DNA from: an uncultured Staphylococcaceae bacterium
GTDB taxonomy: Bacteria; Bacillota_I; Bacilli_A; RFN20; CAG-826
Assembly: GCA_964480275.1 (NCBI GenBank)
Contig: CAYZOC010000001.1
Coordinates: forward strand, 1 to 63,538
Reading direction: 5' to 3'
Length of the DNA: 63,538 nt
This document shows positions 1-8,867 of this stretch, one piece after another. The stretch's first letter is position 1. Each line of letters starts with the position of its first letter. A model generated the notes under the pieces. The model worked only from the letters and a program-made list of their open reading frames with translations, had not been told where the DNA came from and did no database searches. The translations under genes were made by a program, and so were the position numbers.

Positions 1-298
1 TGGAAAGTCACTTATATTTTCACCCTCGATGTGGGTTTATCAAAATAATAGCATCGAAACGTTTATTCAAACAAGTAACGTTAGTCAACTAACTAACCGC
101 CCAAAAGTGTATGTTTACGCTGGTGGCGGCGAGTTAACAATCACGCCTTTCGTCCCCGTTATCTATGACACATTAATTGAAAATGGCTATGATGACACAC
201 TAGTAAAAACACATATCCAAAGCGGCCAGGGTCATAACGAAGCCGCCTGGGCTCTTCATCTTCCCCTAGCTCTAGATTGGCTGTTAGCTAGTATCTAA
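1..298 (+). CDS. esterase-family alpha/beta hydrolase, C-terminal part (5' end lies outside the window)
   Basis: The frame is open from the window edge (GKSLIFSPSMWVY...) and stops at 296-298. The SPS-W and GQGHNEAAW segments resemble the putative-esterase (enterochelin-esterase-like) family. Confidence 0.45.
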   Translation, partial: GKSLIFSPSMWVYQNNSIETFIQTSNVSQLTNRPKVYVYAGGGELTITPFVPVIYDTLIENGYDDTLVKTHIQSGQGHNEAAWALHLPLALDWLLASI

Positions 299-300
299 GC

Positions 301-326
301 AAAAGACCACATTATGGGGTCTTTTT
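301..326. terminator. bidirectional rho-independent terminator between the esterase gene and thiI
   Basis: aaaagaccac-attat-ggggtcttttt forms a stem with one mismatch, flanked by an A-run and a T-run. Confidence 0.55.
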
Positions 327-1500
327 AAAATATATCATCTTCTTCTTCACAAATTTCAAGATGTTCAACATTATCTAGAGCGGTTTCAATAAGAGGTAGC
401 CAATCAAACTTTGCTTCTTCTTCGCTTGCAACCTTGATCCGTGGTTTAGTTACGGGGTCAACTGGCGTAAAAATGGTACAGCAATCTTCAAATGGTTGAA
501 TTGAAATATCATATGTCCTAATTTTACGCGCCAGTTCAACGATGTCTACTTTATCCATCATCGCTAATGGACGAATAACTGGTAGGTTAGTCACTTCATT
601 TATTGTGGCAAGACTTTCAAGTGTTTGCGATGCAACCTGGCCAATCGATTCGCCATTGATAATAATCGGAATGTGTTTTTTATAGGCTAAACCCTCAGCT
701 AAACGATACATCATTCGACGCATGATTGTAATCGTGTAACTTGGTTTAACCGCCTCATATATTGCTTCCTGTAAACGTGTAAAAGGAATAATATAAAGAT
801 CAATCTTACTCTGGTAACGATTTAACACTGATAATAATTGTCTTAGTTTAACAATTACTCCTTCTTGCGTATATGGTGGCGAGGCAAAATGAATGCATGA
901 CACTCTAATACCTCTTCTTAGCGTTAAATATGCGGCAACGGGACTATCAATTCCGCCACTGAGCATCATTAAGCCCTGACCAATAATACCAAGAGGATAT
1001 CCGCCAGCACCTAGACGCTTATCAACGATAAAATATGCACCATTATGATATATTTTAATCTCTAATTTATAGTCTGGTTGGTGGACATCAACCGTCCAAT
1101 TTGTATTAATTAATATTTCTTTTGCTAGTTGGCGATTAACTGAATCACTAACTATTGGAAAAGTTTTATCATTACGTTTCGTTATAATTTTAAATGTTTG
1201 ACCTGCTTGACGTTTGATGATATCAAGCCCCGCTTTTTTCATTACTTCAATATCACGAGGATATACTTCGATGATACTTACATAATATATCCCGCTTATA
1301 TCAACGAGAATATCGATTATCTCCTGTTCATAGGAAAAGTCATACTCGCGAATATATATGTGATCGTGGGTAATTTGCACGCTTACTTTATAATGGTGAA
1401 GGGCATGCTTAATGTTGCCTTTTAGTTGGGCAATAAATTTATTTCGATTACGGCCTTTGGTATATAATTCACCAAAGCTGATCATAATTTCTCTATTCAT
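325..1500 (-). CDS. thiI: tRNA 4-thiouridine synthase / tRNA sulfurtransferase ThiI
   Basis: N-terminus is MISFGELYTKGRNR. The PP-loop motif reads LSGGIDSPVAA. THUMP-like middle region. Overlaps the upstream cysteine desulfurase gene by 8 nt. Confidence 0.9.
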   Translation of the reverse strand: MNREIMISFGELYTKGRNRNKFIAQLKGNIKHALHHYKVSVQITHDHIYIREYDFSYEQEIIDILVDISGIYYVSIIEVYPRDIEVMKKAGLDIIKRQAGQTFKIITKRNDKTFPIVSDSVNRQLAKEILINTNWTVDVHQPDYKLEIKIYHNGAYFIVDKRLGAGGYPLGIIGQGLMMLSGGIDSPVAAYLTLRRGIRVSCIHFASPPYTQEGVIVKLRQLLSVLNRYQSKIDLYIIPFTRLQEAIYEAVKPSYTITIMRRMMYRLAEGLAYKKHIPIIINGESIGQVASQTLESLATINEVTNLPVIRPLAMMDKVDIVELARKIRTYDISIQPFEDCCTIFTPVDPVTKPRIKVASEEEAKFDWLPLIETALDNVEHLEICEEEDDIF

Positions 1501-2629
1501 ACTTTGTCTCCGTCATTAACTTAGCCAAAACTTTTATAAATTCCTGGACTTCTCTCAAAGTATTATAATAGCCAAAAGATACGCGAATAACATTACTAGC
1601 CCGATATTCGTCGTTAAACATTGCTAAAACAACTTTTGATGGTTGATGCTTTTTACTGCTACACGCACTAGTGGTTCCGACCATTATATCGTGCTTTGAA
1701 AGACCAGCGGCAATGACAGCGGCTCGATGCTTTTCTAGCGAGAAATTTATAATGTGCGGTACTGAATTTTGACTAGAATTAATGCTGAGATTATCACAAG
1801 TAGCTAAATAATTTCTAAATTCTTGATTAAGTTGATTGATAGATTCTAAGCGCTCATGAAAATTATTGAGTGCTAGCTTTATAGTTTTAGCAAGGACGAT
1901 ATTTTTCGGGCTATCAGGAGTTCCATGACGAAATCCTCCTTCATAACTCCCACCTTCAATTTGTGGGATTAACTGAATGCTTCTTTTAAAAATTAGCGCC
2001 CCACTTCCCTTGAGACCATTTATTTTATGAGCGGAAAAAGAAAACGCATCCAGCAATTGATAATTGATTTCAACTTTTGCTAGTGCTTGGGTGATATCGG
2101 AGTGGAACAAACATTTTGGGAATTTTTTTAAAGACCGCGCTATCTTTTCAAGATCATTAATTGCCCCAGTTTCATTATTTACCGCCATCACTGACACAAT
2201 AATTGTTTCCGCATCAATCGCCGAAATCAAATTCTCAATATTTACACTTCCATCTTGATTAAGCGGAATCAAAATGATTTTAAAACCAAATTGTTGGGCC
2301 AAGCGTTCAAGTGGGCGAATAACACTAGGATGTTCACCTGCGCTAGTAATAATTTTTTTACCACGATTTTGATAGTTGAGGGCTCCACCTTTTAAAAACA
2401 GATTGTTAGCCTCAGTTGCGCCACTAGTGAAAACAAGTTGATAATCATCATTAGCTAGGTGAAACTGACGTAAAATTGATTTGCGACTTTTTTCGACTAG
2501 CTCATTTACTCGTAGGCCAAAAGCATGGCTACTGCCCTGATTTCCATAGTAGTCTTCTAATATTTTGCTATATAAAGTTAATATCTGCGGGTTTACTTTT
2601 GTTGTTGCGGCATTATCAAAATATATCAT
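1493..2629 (-). CDS. nifZ: class V cysteine desulfurase (NifS/IscS family), the ThiI-partner type
   Basis: Contains FSAHKINGLKG (PLP lysine region), HGTPD and a C-terminal TSACSS active-site Cys loop. Position between ezrA and thiI matches B. subtilis as I remember it. Confidence 0.8.
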   Translation of the reverse strand: MIYFDNAATTKVNPQILTLYSKILEDYYGNQGSSHAFGLRVNELVEKSRKSILRQFHLANDDYQLVFTSGATEANNLFLKGGALNYQNRGKKIITSAGEHPSVIRPLERLAQQFGFKIILIPLNQDGSVNIENLISAIDAETIIVSVMAVNNETGAINDLEKIARSLKKFPKCLFHSDITQALAKVEINYQLLDAFSFSAHKINGLKGSGALIFKRSIQLIPQIEGGSYEGGFRHGTPDSPKNIVLAKTIKLALNNFHERLESINQLNQEFRNYLATCDNLSINSSQNSVPHIINFSLEKHRAAVIAAGLSKHDIMVGTTSACSSKKHQPSKVVLAMFNDEYRASNVIRVSFGYYNTLREVQEFIKVLAKLMTETKYE

Positions 2630-4336
2630 CTAACGATTCCGAAATTGCTTGATTGTATCGGTACAGTTATTGTAAACATCAGCAAAACTTCCATTCATAA
2701 AACGAATTTCTTCATCTGATAGCTTTGCTTGTACATCACTATACTGGGTCCGATATCTATTTAAATATATAATCGACGCCTCAGCGAGATTTGCATTATT
2801 GAATTCTGTATCAATTCGTTTAATCAACGCCTCAGCAAGGGTTTTCAGTTCATCAGCATAACTATTAGTAACTGTGACATCAATTGGTGTTTTTTGTAGT
2901 GTTAGTGTAATTAAATCAATTAACTCATAAGCACGATCAAAGTCAGCAATTTGTCGATTGATGAATGTTTCAACTCTGATGTCACGTAGTTTTGCCTCGG
3001 CTTTTTTTAAACTAAAGAACATATTTTTAACAAGTAGATTTGCGCCTTGGGCGTCATCTTTTAAATCATCAATGTATGTGAAGTATTTGTTTAAAAGTTT
3101 CTCGGCAACTTCACTTTCATCGCGTAGTTGATTCATTTTTTCCACTAAGACAGAATAAGGTTGTTTGGTTGAAGAGTGAGTGAAACTATCAAGCATTCTT
3201 TTGGTGTTAGATAGATCATTTAACTTAACCTTGATTACTTCTAATTGACTATCAGACTCTTGGCTAATTAAGTATATCTTCTTCACCGTTGCCATATTGT
3301 TAACAAGTTTAATATAGCGCCGTTCAATATCATTAACGCGTTGGTAGACTTGATCAAATTGCTCAACAAAAATTGTCTTTTGTTCAACTTCATCATCAAA
3401 ACGGACTAATAGTTCGGAAACTGTCCGATCGATTTCTGTTAATTCTCTATCAATTCCTTGTGTGTTAAATACCCGCAATTTACGTTTAGCATCTTCAAGA
3501 AAATTATTAAATTTATCTAGTTGTTGATTGACTAAAAGATGAGGGAGGGGAATTCCTTGATGTTCTAATTCTTGGTATCGAGAGCGGACAAATTCAAGTT
3601 TTTGAGGTATAAGTTCCACTGTTTTGACACAAAGTAAAGGAAGTGATTCTAAAGATTTTTCTAAATATTTAAGACTTGTACGGATTTTTTCAAGCGCTTG
3701 ATTGGCCTCATCATAATAAGCACCATTAAGAGCGTCTTCATGTTGATTGAACAATTTATCGACTTGACTAAAAATACGTTCAAAACTAGCTTCAACTAGT
3801 TCGAGTTCTTTTTTATTTTCACGATAAATGTTTTTAATTATCCGATAAGTTTTTTTATCATCGATTGATTGTTCTCTGATTTCTGTTTCGGGTCTGATTA
3901 CATTAGCTAAATCACGATTTAAAAGTTGAACTTTATTTTCATATTCGACGACAATAAAACGGTTTTCTTGATAGGAAGATTTATATTCACGGTTACCTTT
4001 AACTAGTTCTTCATTGAGTATTTGGATTGAACGTGAAGCCCGACGATCTTCAATATCACGTAGTTGTTCAAAACGTTTATAAAATTCTTCATAGGTTGGT
4101 TTCATTAGCAAATTAATATCACTGATTGCTTCAATTCTTCTTAAATGTTGACTGTCTTCGTTGAGTAAAAGATTATGGGCATAGTTATATTTATGGGTGA
4201 GAGCATTTTGTAAGCGCCGATTTTTTCTTCCCAATAAAAAATACTTATAGAGGAAAATATATGCAACAATCAAAACGATAAGTCCACCAACTATCCCTAG
4301 ATAGCCGTAAACATCAAGCAAAATTAAATTTTTCAT
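2630..4336 (-). CDS. ezrA: septation ring formation regulator EzrA
   Basis: One N-terminal TM helix followed by about 540 aa of coiled-coil repeats, 568 aa in total. Conserved ezrA-nifZ-thiI context. Its stop codon abuts the ATG of the next gene. Confidence 0.8.
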   Translation of the reverse strand: MKNLILLDVYGYLGIVGGLIVLIVAYIFLYKYFLLGRKNRRLQNALTHKYNYAHNLLLNEDSQHLRRIEAISDINLLMKPTYEEFYKRFEQLRDIEDRRASRSIQILNEELVKGNREYKSSYQENRFIVVEYENKVQLLNRDLANVIRPETEIREQSIDDKKTYRIIKNIYRENKKELELVEASFERIFSQVDKLFNQHEDALNGAYYDEANQALEKIRTSLKYLEKSLESLPLLCVKTVELIPQKLEFVRSRYQELEHQGIPLPHLLVNQQLDKFNNFLEDAKRKLRVFNTQGIDRELTEIDRTVSELLVRFDDEVEQKTIFVEQFDQVYQRVNDIERRYIKLVNNMATVKKIYLISQESDSQLEVIKVKLNDLSNTKRMLDSFTHSSTKQPYSVLVEKMNQLRDESEVAEKLLNKYFTYIDDLKDDAQGANLLVKNMFFSLKKAEAKLRDIRVETFINRQIADFDRAYELIDLITLTLQKTPIDVTVTNSYADELKTLAEALIKRIDTEFNNANLAEASIIYLNRYRTQYSDVQAKLSDEEIRFMNGSFADVYNNCTDTIKQFRNR

Positions 4337-4497
4337 AAGTCACTTCCTATGATTGATTATACAAAATAAGCCATATAAAGTAAATTCTATTAATGAAATT
4401 AATACTTATCCGCAACTACTAGATTTACATCATGGTCAGGAAAGAATGTATCCCTACACTGTCATAGAAGAATAATTTGATAAAAACGGTGATTATC

Positions 4498-4526
4498 TTG
4501 ACAATAACCGGCAAATAAGATATATT
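4498..4526 (+). promoter_or_regulatory. sigma-A type promoter for rpsD
   Basis: TTGACA (4498-4503), 17-nt spacer, TATATT (4521-4526). Confidence 0.6.
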
Positions 4527-4532
4527 CAATGA

Positions 4533-4688
4533 GCATGTAAGCAGCATGTAAATACTACTTGTCTGATGAGCGCCAGCTATATTTGCCAGTAACCAAAGCT
4601 ATAAGGTGAAAACATTAAGGCACCCATCCGGAGTAAGGGATTTACACCTATTGTTTATTTTGCAAATTAAACAAAAGGAGGAAACATC
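4533..4688 (+). promoter_or_regulatory. about 155-nt 5' leader of rpsD, a candidate S4 autoregulatory leader
   Basis: The untranslated leader between the promoter and the AGGAGG RBS is unusually long. It starts with a direct repeat of agcatgtaa (4532-4540 and 4543-4551). S4 autoregulation via the rpsD leader is known in B. subtilis. Confidence 0.3.
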
Positions 4689-5297
4689 ATGAGATACACT
4701 GGATCACAATGGAAAAGATCGCGGCGTTTAGGCCTTTCACTTCTTGAAACCGGCCAAGAACTAAAAAAACGCCCATATGGACCTGGACAACACGGTAACG
4801 GTCGTAAAAAGAAACCATCAGAATACGGTAAGCAATTAGTTGAAAAACAAAAGCTACGTTTCACTTATGGCGTCAACGAACGTCAATTCCGTCGGCTATT
4901 CTTAATGGCGGTTAAAGACAAAGAAACCGTTACAGGTACAGCTTTCATTCAAATTCTTGAATCACGCTTAGACAACCTCGTCTTCCGCGCTGGTATTGCA
5001 AGGACTCGTGCTCAAGCTCGTCAATTCGTCAATCATGGACACATCCTCGTCAATGGCAAAAAGGTTGATTTACCATCATACCTTGTAAAAGTCGGCGACG
5101 TAATTAGTGTTGCTGAAGGAAGTAAAGATTTAGTTTTAATTAAAGCTAACCTCGATACCCTAGCAACTAGTGTTCCATTTGTCAGCGTTGACAAGGAAAA
5201 AATGACTGCCAAGTTCGATCGCAAACCTGAACGGACAGAAGTCGTTCAAGAAATCAACGAAGCACAAATTATTGAATACTACAACCGTTTACTATAA
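4689..5297 (+). CDS. rpsD: 30S ribosomal protein S4
   Basis: Starts MRYTGSQWKRSRRLG and has a C-terminal S4 RNA-binding domain (LDNLVFRAGIARTRAQARQFVNHGHILVNGKKV). Confidence 0.97.
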   Translation: MRYTGSQWKRSRRLGLSLLETGQELKKRPYGPGQHGNGRKKKPSEYGKQLVEKQKLRFTYGVNERQFRRLFLMAVKDKETVTGTAFIQILESRLDNLVFRAGIARTRAQARQFVNHGHILVNGKKVDLPSYLVKVGDVISVAEGSKDLVLIKANLDTLATSVPFVSVDKEKMTAKFDRKPERTEVVQEINEAQIIEYYNRLL

Positions 5298-5320
5298 TCG
5301 ATTGTTAGGATTAAAAATCA

Positions 5321-5351
5321 CACTTACTCAATATTGGGTGAGTGTTTTTTT
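5321..5351 (+). terminator. rpsD terminator
   Basis: cacttactca-atat-tgggtgagtg hairpin (with G-U pairs) followed by a T7 run. Confidence 0.6.
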
Positions 5352-5353
5352 AT

Positions 5354-5380
5354 ATAAAAAACCCATCATTTCGATGGGTT
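5354..5380 (-). terminator. tyrS terminator
   Basis: The minus strand reads acccatc-gaaat-gatgggt followed by a T-run. Confidence 0.6.
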
Positions 5381-5398
5381 ATAAATGCTAAATTTTAA

Positions 5399-6649
5399 TT
5401 AATCTATTTTGGCGACGAAGTAATTTTTCTTGCCACGTCTAATAATAAAGTAGCGATTATATAGTGCCTTATCTTTTGTGATGATCATTTCAGTATCATT
5501 AACCTTAGCGCCATTGACACTAATCGAATTGCCAACAATAAACTCGCGCGCTTCGCGTTTTGATTTAGCAGCCCCAAGGTGGATTAATAAATCTTCTAGT
5601 TTAAGTTTATCATCAATAGTAACAATCATATTAGCGAATAACTCTTCGATTTCTTTTTCTTCTAGACGACTAACATCACCACTAAATAAGGCTTCACTCA
5701 TCGCGATAACACGGTTAAGATCATTTTCGTGATGAACAATCTTGATTATTTCTGCTGCTAATGTTTTTTGTGCTAGGCGTAATCCAGGATTAAGTTTATG
5801 TTGACCGGCGAGGGCTTCTATTTCTGCCTTAGTCATAAATGTAAAGACCTTAAGATATTTAATCGCATCATCATCACCAACATTTAAGAAATATTGATAG
5901 AGTTTATAAGGACTAAGACGATGGCGATCAATAAAGAGGGCACCATCGACACTTTTACCAAATTTTTTTCCTTCGCTGTCAGTTAGTAAATTAGCAGTCA
6001 TTGCTTCAACATTAGCGTCACCTTTGACTTTTCTAATCATCTCTAGACCGGCTGTAAGATTACCCCATTGATCACCACCGCCAATTTGCATACTAACTTG
6101 ATAGTGCTCATGTAAGTGTAAAAAATCATAACTTTGAAGTAGCATGTAAGAAAATTCAGTATAAGATATTCCTTCATCAAGACGACGGGCCACTGTATCT
6201 TTTGCCAACATATAATTTACGGTGAAGAGTTTACCATAATCACGTAAAAATTCTAGAAGTGACATTTTGCCTAACCAATCGTAATTATTAACAATCTCAC
6301 CTTTTTTGGGGTCATCAAGATTGATGTATTTACCTAATTGAGCGTGAATAGCATCTGTGTTCGCCTTTAGTGTTTGCTCGTCAAGAAGATTACGTTCACT
6401 GCTACGACCACTTGGGTCCCCGACCATTCCCGTTCCCCCACCAACAACGGCAATGATTTTGTGACCAGCTTTTTGTAAACGCATAAGCGTCATAACCATC
6501 ACAAAATTGCCCATGTGCATACTACTTGCACTTGGATCGAACCCACAATAAATTACTTGCGGTTTCGCAAGCATTTCTCTTATTTTTTCTTCATTTGAAA
6601 AGTCTTTAATAAGACCCCTGTATTTGAAGTCTTCGTAAATATTAATCAT
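5399..6649 (-). CDS. tyrS: tyrosine--tRNA ligase
   Basis: HMGN (HIGH-type) motif, KFGKS (KMSKS-type) motif and a C-terminal S4-like domain. Confidence 0.95.
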   Translation of the reverse strand: MINIYEDFKYRGLIKDFSNEEKIREMLAKPQVIYCGFDPSASSMHMGNFVMVMTLMRLQKAGHKIIAVVGGGTGMVGDPSGRSSERNLLDEQTLKANTDAIHAQLGKYINLDDPKKGEIVNNYDWLGKMSLLEFLRDYGKLFTVNYMLAKDTVARRLDEGISYTEFSYMLLQSYDFLHLHEHYQVSMQIGGGDQWGNLTAGLEMIRKVKGDANVEAMTANLLTDSEGKKFGKSVDGALFIDRHRLSPYKLYQYFLNVGDDDAIKYLKVFTFMTKAEIEALAGQHKLNPGLRLAQKTLAAEIIKIVHHENDLNRVIAMSEALFSGDVSRLEEKEIEELFANMIVTIDDKLKLEDLLIHLGAAKSKREAREFIVGNSISVNGAKVNDTEMIITKDKALYNRYFIIRRGKKNYFVAKID

Positions 6650-6661
6650 ATTTTATTGCCT

Positions 6662-7666
6662 CTATTTAGTAGAATCAGCTTCTATATATCTACTTTCAAT
6701 TTTAATTCGATTTTGATAGTACTCACCATTTAATAATTTGACAAGCATGTCCATCGCACTGAGACCGACTTGATACATGTCTAAATACATGTTGGAAATT
6801 TTTGGTCGGGCGATATTTGCATATTTTGTGCCAATCAGACTCAAAATTTCGACATCCTCAGGAACTTTTAAGCCATTATCAAGCGCAGCATTTAATACTG
6901 CGAGCGCAAGAGAATCTCGATAACAGAGGAAAAAACCCTTCTTCTCCTTTTTAAACAGTTGATCAAGGGCATCATAGACAACTTGATAGTCGTCATCGAC
7001 TGGCAGAATGTTATATTTTTTTCCTTCTTGTTCATGAGTGGAAATAAAACTTCTTTCTAAACGTTCTAAAAGACGTCCAGCATTCGGAAGTTGGAGAAAA
7101 TACATTGGTTTCCCGTCTTCTTGCAAGCGCGGGCGCATAATGTGCTCACGTAATGTATGCTCGTAACCAAAGGTAATAGATGCAATCTTTTCTTTATTTT
7201 CAATTTTATTATTAACAACAACGACTGGGACTTGATAGCCACTGATTTTTTCAATGTCTTCTTCCTCAAGTTCGTCATCAAACACAATTGCTCCATCGAC
7301 ATGACTGGTAATAAGCTTATCAATCGCTAACATTGCTTCACTCTTTTCATGCGACGTACAAAAAAGTGTTATTGCATAGCCCATATCGCGAGCGGAATCG
7401 GTGAGTCCATGGAGTAAATTTGAAATATATACGTAATTAGCTCCCGGGATTACAACACCAATATTTGTTGTCTTGCTCGTTGCAAGTGCTTGGGCTAGAC
7501 CAGAAGGACGATAACCAAGGCGCTTAATTGCTTCTTGAACTTTTATTCTAGTTTCTGGACGAACGTTTTCTAAATTGTTAATTACACGTGAGACAGTAGC
7601 AAGACTAACACCAGAGGCGGCGGCTACTTCATAAATTGTCACACGATCTTTTAGGTTACTTGGCAT
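6662..7666 (-). CDS. LacI-family transcriptional regulator, CcpA-like
   Basis: N-terminal HTH is TIYEVAAASGVSLATVSRVINN, followed by a periplasmic-binding-like fold. I place the start at ATG 7666, 8 nt after GGAGG, because the longer ORF to 7714 runs through the predicted promoter. Position relative to tyrS/rpsD recalls B. subtilis ccpA. Confidence 0.7.
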   Translation of the reverse strand: MPSNLKDRVTIYEVAAASGVSLATVSRVINNLENVRPETRIKVQEAIKRLGYRPSGLAQALATSKTTNIGVVIPGANYVYISNLLHGLTDSARDMGYAITLFCTSHEKSEAMLAIDKLITSHVDGAIVFDDELEEEDIEKISGYQVPVVVVNNKIENKEKIASITFGYEHTLREHIMRPRLQEDGKPMYFLQLPNAGRLLERLERSFISTHEQEGKKYNILPVDDDYQVVYDALDQLFKKEKKGFFLCYRDSLALAVLNAALDNGLKVPEDVEILSLIGTKYANIARPKISNMYLDMYQVGLSAMDMLVKLLNGEYYQNRIKIESRYIEADSTK

Positions 7667-7685
7667 AATAAAAACCTCCGTTTTT

Positions 7686-7714
7686 ATAGTAAATGAAAAT
7701 ATTTTCATTGTCAA
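7686..7714 (-). promoter_or_regulatory. sigma-A promoter of the CcpA-like/tyrS operon, with a 16-bp palindrome in the spacer
   Basis: Minus strand reads TTGACA (7714-7709), 17-nt spacer, TACTAT (7691-7686). The spacer contains the perfect palindrome ATGAAAATATTTTCAT (7693-7708). Confidence 0.5.
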
Positions 7715-7728
7715 TGATAGCGTTTACA
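7715..7728 (-). promoter_or_regulatory. cre (catabolite-responsive element) site
   Basis: Minus strand reads TGTAAACGCTATCA, matching the remembered cre consensus TGWAANCGNTNWCA at every constrained position. It directly abuts the -35 box. Confidence 0.5.
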
Positions 7729-7758
7729 TTTAGATTATATAAGAAGATTTGCAAGTTA

Positions 7759-8862
7759 TTAATAAACTGGATATTCAACACGTGTTAGGCGAGGGTTTAC
7801 AATGTCTTTTCGCCCGACTTTTGCCTCATGTTCTCCATCAATCAAAACTAGGTCTCCAGAAAATCCAACAGTTGTATTCCTCACAAGTGACGAACCAACC
7901 CCATATGTATCGACCGGTGTATTTAAACTTTCAAAATAGCGAATTTTTTCAACATCAAAGCCACTAGAAACAATAATTTTGACATGATTAAATCCATGAA
8001 CATCAAGATTTTTCCTGACGGCGAAAATTAATTCAGGACAAACTCCATGAGGGTCAAAACCACTTGTATCCTTATCAAGAAAATATTTATCAATCAGCGC
8101 CTTGGATGTATCAATACGAACGGCACCTAGTTGGTCTTTAAGTGCCTTAGCAACTCGAAGACTATCAACCACACAGTCGTTATTATAATCAACGAGCGCT
8201 GTTACTTTTTGATCAGGAAAAGTTTGATGATATAACTTAGCCGCTCTAACAATATCACCACGGCACATTTGAATAAGGGCATGGGGCATTGTTCCCATTC
8301 CCTTAATTCCCATCCATGCGCCTTGCGCATTCGTAGAATATTTTTTTATTCCACCAACATATGTAGCATAGCCATCACCTTTTTGCGTTAAATAATCATC
8401 TTGTCGGTCCGCCATTGAAAAGCAGTCTTTGCCATTTAAAACCTTCCGGACTTCATAAACATTAGTTGCAACACTACTACGGCGAGCAAGGATTCCATCA
8501 ATCATACTTTCAAGATAACCAAAATCTTCATAGCGACCACTAATTTTTAAAACAGGTTCACCAGCATTAGCAATGTCACCATCGTTTAGTGCCAAAATCT
8601 CAAGTTGCTCAGGATTTTTTGCAAAGGTATGAATAAGAGCAATTACTTCATCAAGTCCACATATAATCGTATCATTACGTCGTTGAAAGAACTGCATCGT
8701 GACATGGCGATTTGGTAAATGTTCACTAATTATTTTCATCGTCTTAACAAAGTAATGGGCAGTATAAAAGTGTTCTTTAATCTTGTCATCAAAGCAAAAA
8801 GTTTTGTTTGTCAGACGTGATATCTTCCCAGCTTCTTTGAGTTGTATTTCAAAATTTTCCAT
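7759..8862 (-). CDS. nicotinate phosphoribosyltransferase-family protein
   Basis: About 367-aa NAPRTase/type-II PRTase-like sequence (YFVKT..., GTMPHALIQ, DYNND, VSSG motifs). Confidence 0.65.
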   Translation of the reverse strand: MENFEIQLKEAGKISRLTNKTFCFDDKIKEHFYTAHYFVKTMKIISEHLPNRHVTMQFFQRRNDTIICGLDEVIALIHTFAKNPEQLEILALNDGDIANAGEPVLKISGRYEDFGYLESMIDGILARRSSVATNVYEVRKVLNGKDCFSMADRQDDYLTQKGDGYATYVGGIKKYSTNAQGAWMGIKGMGTMPHALIQMCRGDIVRAAKLYHQTFPDQKVTALVDYNNDCVVDSLRVAKALKDQLGAVRIDTSKALIDKYFLDKDTSGFDPHGVCPELIFAVRKNLDVHGFNHVKIIVSSGFDVEKIRYFESLNTPVDTYGVGSSLVRNTTVGFSGDLVLIDGEHEAKVGRKDIVNPRLTRVEYPVY

Positions 8863-8867
8863 AAATC

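Noticed and set aside
4667-4864. 65-aa minus-strand ORF over the rpsD start
   Set aside because: It lies antisense to ribosomal protein S4 and has an implausible Cys/Pro/Phe-rich sequence.
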